From NCBI GenBank assembly GCA_032718475.1, contig JAUCBJ010007681.1:1-38673 (forward strand): a stretch of DNA of 38,673 bases, given 5' to 3'. Shown in pieces: positions 12,363 through 23,263 of the stretch. The DNA comes from Nemertoderma westbladi. Lineage: Eukaryota; Animalia; Xenacoelomorpha. Numbering within the stretch: the first letter of the stretch is position 1; every line of letters begins with the position of its first letter. Under the pieces are notes generated by a model. That model was not told the DNA's origin and did not search any database. It saw only the letters and a list, made by a program, of their open reading frames with translations. A program made the position numbers and the translations under genes.

Positions 12363-13924
12363 CAGTGATTTTACTCATGCAGCAGTTATAGTTCATATCC
12401 GTACCGATGGTATTTTCGTATTGCAAAAATAAGACTATAAGTATGAAATACCCTATGTTATTGAGATAATGTTTATTGTTTTGGTTAGAAAAGCCCACTA
12501 CTGTAACCTGCTCCTTTCCGTTAATTAAGTAATGGAGATTAGTTTATTGTTTTGGTTAGAAAACACCACCACTGTAACACCATCGGTACGCATATGAACG
12601 ATAACCCATGCAGCAATGTGCTAGCTTCATAATACTGTATACCGCAGTACTGGTATGGTATAGCCTCTGACTGTCTGAGCCTACCGGTAGTCAGATATAT
12701 ATTTATTTTTATTTATTTATTTATTGACAGCGAGATAAAACATAAATATTTATTATAAGGCACCGCACTACAGCACTGTCCAACAGTCTCTCCAAATAAC
12801 AATATAACTCAATCTATAAAATCTCAACAGGCTCTAACAATCCTGCAATCCAGTAGGCCCGACAAAGTTCGATAAGACAAACTATTATCCGTCACATATT
12901 ATCGTACATAATGTCGTGCAAAACAACATAATTAGACAAATTCGTGCTCCTCTGCTCTACCTCTAACTGACTTGTCCCAACCCCCTAGTTCAACTGGTAG
13001 CGATGTGGAACCGGGATATAGTGTTATCCGCTCCTCCTCACTGCGGTAGGACATACCGCGATTGAAGTGGGCTGGTCGGGTTAGTGAGGAGTTATGCAAC
13101 AGGTACAAGCGGCCTTTCGTGGACACTCTCAACTCAACCGAAGGGACCTTTTGATAGCTTACATTGAAGCAACTGCCGTGCCGGATCGTGGGGGACGGGG
13201 ACTGAAAGCAGTTTCTCTATGTTACTCCCATATACTGTATATGTAGTAATACAGTAATAGGCCGGAGCTTTCAGTTGAGCGGGTGAACTGAACACCCGCT
13301 TCATGCACTCCAAGGCACGGAACCGGCCGGTTGATGTTGATTTCATTCAATCGCTGCCTGGAGTCAACTGCAGCTGCTATTTCGAGGGAAAGGGAGGCTG
13401 TTTAAAAAATTTAGAAATCACTATTTGTATTTATAAATTTCACTAACATAATTAGATAAAAAAAACCCTGGGGGGGGGGGGTGGTGCAATTAAAATACAT
13501 CCCACTAAAACGGTAAACTGTTTTATTGAGTTTTGTTTATTGTTTTGGTTAGAATAAAGTGTCGCTGTAAGCTGCTCCTTTCCATTATTTGATAACGTAA
13601 TGGATATGTCAAGAACAACCCCCTGTATTAACCCCCCCCCCCCCCCCCCCCGCCTTACGCATTTATTGACCAATATAGATTACTCGAATTCTCTATAAAC
13701 TCTTTGTTTTTATTTATTAGCTCCGTAGCGGCAAGGAATCGCGATCTATTAAACCAAGCATCGATATGTGAAGATTGATTGCGGACAGACAATCTCCCAA
13801 TAATGCTGAAAAGAACCGATTCTCTGCCGTCATAGGTAGTATAATAAATGTATTAAATCCAACCTTAATAATATAAAGTAATTAATGTATCTCACAACTA
13901 AATTATAAGCTTTAGAAACCTGTC

Positions 13925-14260
13925 ATGCTTTGGGCTACAGCCATTACCACTGGTCATGTTAATGGACACAAACTGCGTGGAGTTCTACAGGGAGATTGTC
14001 TTAGCCCCACACTTTTTATTACATTTATTGCTGACCTCGCCTCAATACTACGGGCAATAGCTTCTACCATTCGCTTTCTGTTTTACGCCAACGACCTGGC
14101 AATCTACTCCCGAAGTCCCATTGACATCCAGTACGCGTTAAATAACTTACATAAATGGTGCAATCTTAATTGAATGGAGGACAATTAGTGAAAACCAACA
14201 TAATTAAGTTCAGAAAGGGTGGGCCATTAGCCCAAACTGACCGTTTTACATACAATGGAG
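13925..14260 (+). pseudogene. Non-LTR reverse transcriptase fragment (RTE-X-like)
   Basis: GVLQGDCLSPTLF ... LFYANDLAI (YADD mutated to YAND) ... LHKWC ... IIKFRKGG ... FTYNG, with stop codons. Confidence 0.85.
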
Positions 14261-14464
14261 CTACTGTAGCCTACTTTACGCCGACTACCGACAACCGACA
14301 ACCAACGCCGACAACCATTATTAAAGCTAATTAATGTTATTTATTAATTATTTTCAATTTCAGTGACAGGTTTCAATTTCAATTCTCCGTGACATAAATT
14401 ATACACATAATTTGCGATGGTCATAATAATGTCCGGCGTTGTTTTGATGTCGGTAGAGTAGCAC

Positions 14465-14496
<32 letters not shown>

Positions 14497-14858
14497 ATAG
14501 TATTTTGGCTTTGTCACGATACCCATTGGTTGATGTACCATTTTACAGCAGGGAGTCTTTGGACGCAATATAAATTCATCCCTTCCCTATCCAGGGGAAA
14601 ATCGACGCAAATAACTGCTGATTACTACCAAAAAAAACTGTAACCTGTTATATTGAATATAGTTAGTTTATTGTTTTGATTAGAATAGTGTGCGACTGTA
14701 AATTGCTCATTTCCCTTAATTGATAATTTAACATTGAGGCAAGGTATTAATTAGCCGAGTAAGAAATTGCATCAAATCCCCCCCCCCCCCCCATGTCTCA
14801 TGGACACATATCTGTTAATGTCTACTGTAATAATACACTGGAATTATCAATCACCAAA

Positions 14859-14946
14859 GCTCCGGCTCCGTCTCAGGCCGGAGCTCATATTGTAACCCGG
14901 AGGAACCTCCGGCTCCGGATGAAATTTTAGCTCTGTCGCATCCCTA
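14859..14946. mobile_element. Orphan right end of a hAT-like MITE
   Basis: ctccggctccg subterminal repeats end in catcccta, the same terminal 8 bp as the element at 18725-20466. I found no matching left end. Confidence 0.55.
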
Positions 14947-14983
14947 GAACTCAGGTTACATTTTCATATTTGCTGTTGTCGGC

Positions 14984-17900
14984 AACAGATTATAGTTATG
15001 GGAGCCTCACTAGTTACTGTAGATCTCCTCCGTACAGCTCGCGTTCTATCCACACAAACAGACTATAGTTATAGGAGCCTCACTAGTTACTGTAGATCTC
15101 CTCTGTACAGCTCGCATTCTATCCACACAAACAGACTATAGTTATAGGAGCCTCACTAGTTACTGTAGATCTCCTCTGTACAGCTCGCGTTCTATCCACA
15201 CAAACAGACTATAGTTATAGGAGCCTCACTAGTTACTGTAGATCTCCTCTGTACAGCTCGCGTTCTATCCACACAAACAGACTATAGTTATAGGAGCCTC
15301 ACTAGTTACTGTAGATCTCCTCTGTACAGCTCGCGTTCTATCCACACAAACAGACTATAGTTATAGGAGCCTCACTAGTTACTGTAGATCTCCTCTGTAC
15401 AGCTCGCGTTCAATCCACACAAACAGACTATAGTTATAGGAGCCTCACTAGTTACTGTAGATCTCCTCTGTACAGCTCGCGTTCTATCCACACAAACAGA
15501 CTATAGTTATAGGAGCCTCACTAGTTACTGTAGATCTCCTCCGTACAGCTCGCGTTCTATCCACACAAACAGACTATAGTTATAGGAGCCTCACTAGTTA
15601 CTGTAGATCTCCTCTGTACAGCTCGCGTTCTATCCACACAAACAGACTATAGTTATAGGAGCCTCACTAGTTACTGTAGATCTCCTCTGTACAGCTCGCG
15701 TTCTATCCACACAAACAGACTATAGTTATAGGAGCCTCACTAGTTACTGTAGATCTCCTCTGTACAGCTCGCGTTCTATCCACACAAACAGACTATAGTT
15801 ATAGGAGCCTCACTAGTTACTGTAGATCTCCTCTGTACAGCTCGCGTTCTATCCACACAAACAGACTATAGTTATAGGAGCCTCACTAGTTACTGTAGAT
15901 CTCCTCTGTACAGCTCGCGTTCTATCCACACAAACAGACTATAGTTATAGGAGCCTCACTAGTTACTGTAGATCTCCTCTGTACAGCTCGCGTTCTATCC
16001 ACACAAACAGACTATAGTTATAGGAGCCTCACTAGTTACTGTAGATCTCCTCTGTACAGCTCGCGTTCTATCCACACAAACAGACTATAGTTATAGGAGC
16101 CTCACTAGTTACTGTAGATCTCCTCTGTACAGCTCGCGTTCTATCCACACAAACAGACTATAGTTATAGGAGCCTCACTAGTTACTGTAGATCTCCTCTG
16201 TACAGCTCGCGTTCTATCCACACAAACAGACTATAGTTATAGGAGCCTCACTAGTTACTGTAGATCTCCTCTGTACAGCTCGCGTTCTATCCACACAAAC
16301 AGACTATAGTTATAGGAGCCTCACTAGTTACTGTAGATCTCCTCTGTACAGCTCGCGTTCTATCCACACAAACAGACTATAGTTATAGGAGCCTCACTAG
16401 TTACTGTAGATCTCCTCTGTACAGCTCGCGTTCTATCCACACAAACAGACTATAGTTATAGGAGCCTCACTAGTTACTGTAGATCTCCTCTGTACAGCTC
16501 GCGTTCTATCCACACAAACAGACTATAGTTATAGGAGCCTCACTAGTTACTGTAGATCTCCTCTGTACAGCTCGCGTTCTATCCACACAAACAGACTATA
16601 GTTATAGGAGCCTCACTAGTTACTGTAGATCTCCTCTGTACAGCTCGCGTTCTATCCACACAAACAGACTATAGTTATAGGAGCCTCACTAGTTACTGTA
16701 GATCTCCTCTGTACAGCTCGCGTTCTATCCACACAAACAGACTATAGTTATAGGAGCCTCACTAGTTACTGTAGATCTCCTCTGTACAGCTCGCGTTCTA
16801 TCCACACAAACAGACTATAGTTATAGGAGCCTCACTAGTTACTGTAGATCTCCTCTGTACAGCTCGCGTTCAATCCACACAAACAGACTATAGTTATAGG
16901 AGCCTCACTAGTTACTGTAGATCTCCTCTGTACAGCTCGCGTTCTATCCACACAAACAGACTATAGTTATAGGAGCCTCACTAGTTACTGTAGATCTCCT
17001 CTGTACAGCTCGCGTTCTATCCACACAAACAGACTATAGTTATAGGAGCCTCACTAGTTACTGTAGATCTCCTCTGTACAGCTCGCGTTCTATCCACACA
17101 AACAGACTATAGTTATAGGAGCCTCACTAGTTACTGTAGATCTCCTCTGTACAGCTCGCGTTCTATCCACACAAACAGACTATAGTTATAGGAGCCTCAC
17201 TAGTTACTGTAGATCTCCTCTGTACAGCTCGCGTTCTATCCACACAAACAGACTATAGTTATAGGAGCCTCACTAGTTACTGTAGATCTCCTCTGTACAG
17301 CTCGCGTTCTATCCACACAAACAGACTATAGTTATAGGAGCCTCACTAGTTACTGTAGATCTCCTCTGTACAGCTCGCGTTCTATCCACACAAACAGACT
17401 ATAGTTATAGGAGCCTCACTAGTTACTGTAGATCTCCTCTGTACAGCTCGCGTTCTATCCACACAAACAGACTATAGTTATAGGAGCCTCACTAGTTACT
17501 GTAGATCTCCTCTGTACAGCTCGCGTTCTATCCACACAAACAGACTATAGTTATAGGAGCCTCACTAGTTACTGTAGATCTCCTCTGTACAGCTCGCGTT
17601 CTATCCACACAAACAGACTATAGTTATAGGAGCCTCACTAGTTACTGTAGATCTCCTCTGTACAGCTCGCGTTCTATCCACACAAACAGACTATAGTTAT
17701 AGGAGCCTCACTAGTTACTGTAGATCTCCTCTGTACAGCTCGCGTTCTATCCACACAAACAGACTATAGTTAAGTTAAGGAGCCTCACTAGTTACTGTAG
17801 ATCTCCTCTGTACAGCTCGCGTTCTATCCACACAAACAGACTATAGTTATAGGAGCCTCACTAGTTACTGTAGATCTCCTCTGTACAGCTCGCGTTCTAT

Positions 17901-18714
17901 CCACACAAACAGACTATAGTTATAGGAGCCTCACTAGTTACTGTAGATCTCCTCTGTACAGCTCGCGTTCTATCAACACAAACAGACTATAGTTATAGGA
18001 GCCTCACTAGTTACTGTAGATCTCCTCTGTACAGCTCGCGTTCTATCCACACAAACAGACTATAGTTATAGGAGCCTCACTAGTTACTGTAGATCTCCTC
18101 TGTACAGCTCGCGTTCTATCCACACAAACAGACTATAGTTATAGGAGCCTCACTAGTTACTGTAGATCTCCTCTGTACAGCTCGCGTTCTATCCACACAA
18201 ACAGACTATAGTTATAGGAGCCTCACTAGTTACTGTAGATCTCCTCTGTACAGCTCGCGTTCTATCCACACAAACAGACTATAGTTATAGGAGCCTCACT
18301 AGTTACTGTAGATCTCCTCTGTACAGCTCGCGTTCTATCCACACAAACAGACTATAGTTATAGGAGCCTCACTAGTTACTGTAGATCTCCTCTGTACAGC
18401 TCGCGTTCTATCCACACAAACAGACTATAGTTATAGGAGCCTCACTAGTTACTGTAGATCTCCTCTGTACAGCTCGCGTTCTATCCACACAAACAGACTA
18501 TAGTTATAGGAGCCTCACTAGTTACTGTAGATCTCCTCTGTACAGCTCGCGTTCTATCCACACAAACAGACTATAGTTATAGGAGCCTCACTAGTTACTG
18601 TAGATCTCCTCCGTACAGCTCGCGTTCTATCCACACAAACAGACTATAGTTATAGGAGCCTCACTAGTTACTGTAGATCTCCTCTGTACAGCTCGCGTTC
18701 TATCCACACAAACA
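14984..18714. repeat. 73-bp near-perfect tandem array, 51 copies
   Basis: Unit aacagactatagttataggagcctcactagttactgtagatctcctctgtacagctcgcgttctatccacaca. There are only a handful of substitutions and one 4-bp insertion near 17771. Confidence 0.98.
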
Positions 18715-18981
18715 TTAACTACATTAGGGATGTCCCGGAATTCCGTTCCGGCCGGAATTCCGGTGGTTTTTGTCCGGTTCCGGCCGGAATGGGGTCAATA
18801 ACGGCCGTAATTTTACCGGAATTACCTAACTAGTTTGATAGTTGCAATTAGTTTGTTAAATTATTATCAACATTTATATATTTTTTAAACATTATTACCA
18901 ATTAGTTTAAGATAATTTTCAACACTTTCTTGTAAAAAAAAGTATAGAAATAAAGTTTTCTTCGACCGTTAGAGCTAATAT

Positions 18982-19131
18982 TTAAAGATGCAAGGCATAG
19001 TAGATGCCCCCTGGTTAGCCCGTTCAAACCATTCGTGCCGAATCAAAAACTGCCTTGGGCCACATGCGGGGATCGAACCCACGACCTCCAGAGAGATGGG
19101 ATTTCAATGCAACCACTACACCAAGGTGGAA
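18982..19131 (-). mobile_element. 5' half of the tRNA-derived SINE, nested in the hAT element
   Basis: The reverse complement ttccaccttggtgtagtggttgcattgaa...gggttcgatcc...ttcggcacgaatg...tgccttgcatc matches 24158-24297. Confidence 0.9.
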
Positions 19132-19360
19132 CCTAACTATCCTATCTAACGAGGGAAAATTCACAGCCAGTATGTAACACATTTCCAAAAAATTTCACCT
19201 AATAATTAAACTAAAATGGTCCCACCATCTGTTACACCACTTACTAACTGTAGTAGTATTCATATACAATCTTAATAACCCACTTAATTTACATTAACTA
19301 ATTAATTAATTACATTAACCCTTTGTCCTTCTGAAGATATTTTATGAAATGCATCATTAG

Positions 19361-19707
19361 AGGCCCGTGCTTCATTGGTAAGTCGTTTTCAGATTTTGTC
19401 TTAGTCAGAATGTCAAAATGAATGCCTCCTTGCTCCATTGGTAACACAAGTCATAAGTCATTTGATAAAAAATATAAGATGCGTCTCACATTTACTGCAT
19501 ATTTATACCCAAAGTAACCAATCACAGCATCTTGGCGGATATAACACATGATTCATATGTCAAAAGATGGAACATGGGACATAATCACTTTCGACTCATC
19601 GGTCGTAACTTACGATTTACCAGTGGAGACGCTCCCATTGAAACCAATGTGTTCCATAATTTATTCTGACTAAGACTACATAAGACTTACCAGTAGAGCA
19701 CGGGTCT
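19361..19707. mobile_element. MITE with imperfect 24-bp TIRs (PIF/Harbinger-like), nested in the hAT element
   Basis: The left end aggcccgtgcttcattggtaagtc pairs with the right end gacttaccagtagagcacgggtct. An inner inverted pair gtcttagtcagaat/attctgactaagac is present. The flanks tag/taa form an imperfect 3-bp TSD. Confidence 0.75.
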
Positions 19708-20789
19708 TAAATAGTGGTTTTTCCAATTTACTTATAAAATGAAGTTTTTTAGATTGATTTTACATTATTTTACATTGATCTTACAATATTTTACATTGTT
19801 TTTACATACGTACAGATCCTGCAAGTGGTTGTTAGTTCAGTCCTGCGTCGTAGGTGCTGCATAATATAGTAGTTTTGTTTCTATTTACAGCAAAGCTATT
19901 TCTTACCATAAATCTATTTATTCCCAGCAATAATTAAACTGTGACACGTACTATCTATTGGCATCGTTTATTGTTTTAGGTCGAATAACATGTCTCTGTA
20001 ACATGCTCCTTTCCCTTAAAGACACCAGGATATTGCACCAAAGGACCTAATGACGCGAAACCATAGGTTTTTGTTTAACGTAGGTTTTTAGGAGTCTAAA
20101 AGGCTAAAAACCTAACTTTTGGCCAAAGTTATCGATTTTAGAAAAAAAAATTATATTGAATTCCCTGTCGTTCAATGCCGAAGTACCATCACGTCCCCAT
20201 AAACGGCCATAACGGGCCAGGCCATTCTCCACTCCACCCACCTTAATTCCCCCCAAGGTTCTGATTCATCTCATTAGCAAAATTAGCGGTAGAAATTAAA
20301 AAATCAATTTGGTTCACAAAAAATTATAAAGTTTCATGGGTCATTTAGTGTATTTCACTAATTATATAAAATTCCGGTTCCGGCCGGAATGTTCCGGCCG
20401 GAATATTCCGGCATGTTGAATTCCGGTTCCTGTCGGAATCAAAATATCGATTCCGGGACATCCCTAAACTACATATAATCTTATCTTACAGGTTCATTAA
20501 CTACGGTGATGGGACGACGGATACAGGTCGTGTAGAGCGAGAAATGGATGGCGTGGATCAATGTAACAATATGGTAGCTGATAAAAAATAGACAAAATCT
20601 ATAATAATAGAAACTTTATTAATTTCACCTTCAACTCAACTTAAAAAAACTCTAAACAATTTATTTATGATTATAACTAGTTTAATTGTTTTGTACTTAT
20701 CATATACTGTGAAGGGATTTGTAATTAATTTTAAGATTAAGGGCACGTTTATGTGATAAAAATGTTAAAAAATCAAAATTATTTTGCCG

Positions 20790-23043
20790 GATTCTGGATC
20801 AAAATTTAATGACGATTTCAAAACTGAAAACGAGATATTTTAGTTCTAGAGTTATAGCTGTCTGTCTACCCAGTCGGTTTTGTCTGACAAAATTCAAGAA
20901 GCACACGCATTGTGCAATTTTCGCTATATAATTTTTCCTGTTTTTCTGTCTGCCTACATGTCTATCTGTCTGTCTTTTGGCCTGTTTCTCTCTGTCTGTC
21001 TTTTGGCCTGTCTCTCTGTCTGTCTTTTGGCCTGTCTGTCGGTCAGTCGAAAATAATGAATGAAATACACAACAGAAAATGTTGTTAGGGGTTTTCCTGG
21101 TCTGTGATTCCATTTCTGATGTCTGTTTTAGCGTTTAAAGGATTCTTAGATGGTCTATCCGGCAGTCTGTGTGTATGTATGGTAGTATCCTTTCCTAAAT
21201 TTCGACTGACAGACGGACAGATTTTCTGATAAACAGACAGACTGGCAGTCTGGAATTCATCAAACGTTAAAACTGACATCGGAAATGCAACACCACCCCA
21301 GAAAACCCCCATATCGAAAATCTTAGTTTAGAATTCTTTATTTACTCTTAATTTTTTTAATATAATTTGAATTATCACTCCATTTAACAAATAATGGCGG
21401 GAAGGTTTAAAAACTTTAAACATATGGCTTTATCTAGCGGAATTTTATTTTTCGTTTTTATTTTTCACTCATGTACCTGTTTCTCTGGAACTACTGGACC
21501 GAATTGCATGAAATTTTCAGTATATGTTCTTCTACTAATCCTTTATAGGTGGTACCACATTTATACATGTAGGTTAGAAATGTAAAAAGTTACATCACAA
21601 AAAACGGCCTAAATACGTGGTTTTTTCACTTTTTACAAATAAAATTTTTCACTTTGAAAACTTCTGGTGATCAAAATAGTTGTTTTCATTTATTCTGCTA
21701 CCACGTCTGAGACACATTCACATTGTGAGAGCGAGAACAATTGGTACGTAGTGATGGTAATCTGTAATCTCTAATTGAATTTCTGTCTAGTTCTTCGTCC
21801 ATGAATACTGATATTAGTAACCATTTTAGTCTTAAAACTTTGGTGCATTGGTAGCCAGCACTTTTCAGTTAGAACACAACATTTTTTATTCACTTATACG
21901 ATGCTATAAATTCACATTTTCAGGTTTTCTAGGACGCTGATTCTAATGGAATACATTTCTAATATGCCAGATCATTGCTACTTGTATTTTTCGGCGTAAT
22001 TTGGTAAATTTTTGTGCTAGCACCAAATTTCGTACCCATCACCAAAAAGTACAAGTTTGCGATGTCCAGTGCTGTTTTTAATGATTCCATCTGATTCAGG
22101 ACCCTCATAAACCCGAATAACGCAAGAAACAAGATGATACTATAAACTGATCAATTTGCTTATTTTCAAAAATTTGGTGCTGGCACAACAATTTTCACCC
22201 ACCGGCGAAAAATACAAGTTTGAAAATTCTTATGGAATATTTACTGATTCCATTGAATTCAGAACCCTCACAAACCCGTATAACAGAAGAAACAAGGTGA
22301 CACAATCAATTGATATATTTAATGGTTTTCAAAATTTGGTGCTAGCACCACATTTTGCACCCACTTCCGAAAAATACAAGTTTGAGATGTCTAGTTCGAT
22401 AATATTCCATTGAATTCAGAACAGCCATAAACCTCTAAAACGCAAGAAATAAATTGTTACAAGCAATTTTATCTATTGAATGAATTTTCAAAATTTCGTG
22501 CTAGCACCAAAATTTGCACACAGCACCGAAAAATACAAGTTTGATACGCTTGTTGCAACTCGTATATATTCCATCGAAACCAGAACCCCGAAAAACCCCA
22601 ATTGCGTAAAAAATAAGTTTCAAACAATCAATTAACAAAATTGACATATTTCAAAATTTCGTAATGACACCAAAATTTGGCACCCGCCGAAAAAAAAAAG
22701 TTTGAAATTTCTAAATCAATTTATATAAATTCCATCCAATTGCTAAGACCAAAAAACCGGTGTAAATCAAAAATAGAGATGTTACAAATCATATTTAATA
22801 AAATGTAATTTTCAAAATACGTCTCAAAAAAAGTGCCAAAAGTAGGGTTAACAAATGGTGCTATAACTCGAAAACTACCCAATATTTTTGAAAACGGTTT
22901 TCACTACTAGGAAGACAATAGATTTTTAGAAAAAGTCATACAATTTCAGATTCCCAACTGCTTTTGTTTCAGAATTATATCAAAAAGACCACGAGGGGGT
23001 CATATTGACCCCCCCCCCCCCCCCCCGCGGGTTTAATTGGGCT
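20790..23043. mobile_element. Unclassified non-autonomous DNA-type repeat(s) with (CTGT)n tract, inverted repeat and internal tandem subrepeats
   Basis: There is a ctgt microsatellite at 20945-21045 and a ~50-bp inverted repeat at 21087-21137 vs 21262-21310. The gggggtcatattgaccccc hairpin sits near 22995-23013. The boundaries are uncertain. Confidence 0.45.
22005..22815. repeat. Degenerate ~161-bp tandem repeat, ~5 copies
   Basis: The palindrome aaatttggtgctagcaccaaattt, followed by aaaatacaagtttg and ttccattgaattcagaaccc, recurs near 22010, 22170, 22333, 22492 and 22655. Confidence 0.85.
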
Positions 23044-23072
23044 AATATTTTCACTTCAGGGTTATTTTTTGT

Positions 23073-23187
23073 ACTTACGGTGTTTTTGCATTGTACAACC
23101 TGTATGTAAATACATTTGATACAATGCAAAAACAAATGTCACAATGACAAAACACCGCAAGTCTGTCAGTTGCGGTGTTTTTGCATC
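23073..23187. repeat. Cluster of short inverted repeats (probable MITE remnant)
   Basis: Pairs tgtttttgcattg/caatgcaaaaaca and aaacaccgcaa/ttgcggtgttt. Confidence 0.55.
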
Positions 23188-23263
23188 CTTGAAAGTTTAA
23201 ACATTCCCACACCAAACTGCCCGTATGGGGTCTGTTTGGTTAATAATGTGTGCGTGTGGCATG

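Larger units (their letters stand above)
9247..20020 (+). repeat. Dispersed ~55-100 bp motif, six co-oriented copies (starts 9247, 12471, 12542, 13535, 14666, 19966)
   Basis: Consensus GTTTATTGTTTTGGTTAGAAWA-N(8-9)-CTGTAA-N(2-3)-TGCTCMTTTCC. The coordinates span first to last copy and are not a continuous feature. Confidence 0.85.
18725..20466. mobile_element. Non-autonomous hAT element (composite MITE)
   Basis: 17-bp TIR tagggatgtcccggaat/attccgggacatcccta. Perfect 8-bp TSD aactacat (18717-18724, 20467-20474). ttccggccggaa subterminal palindromes occur at both ends. Confidence 0.92.

Noticed and set aside
13075-13090. Telomerase RNA template (ctaaccc on the minus strand)
   Set aside because: It is only about one repeat with no real alignment region, and I see no pseudoknot or H/ACA evidence.
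14984-18714. CRISPR array
   Set aside because: There are no unique spacers and no cas genes, and the context is eukaryotic TE sequence.
19326-19360. Third hammerhead (ctgaaga...gaaatgcatc)
   Set aside because: Core words and a palindromic stem III are present, but stem II is at most 2 bp and stem I does not pair.
20492-20572. Possible host exon after cttacag (FINYGDGTTDTGRVERE...)
   Set aside because: It is short, has no recognisable domain and a weak donor. It cannot be supported without RNA-seq.
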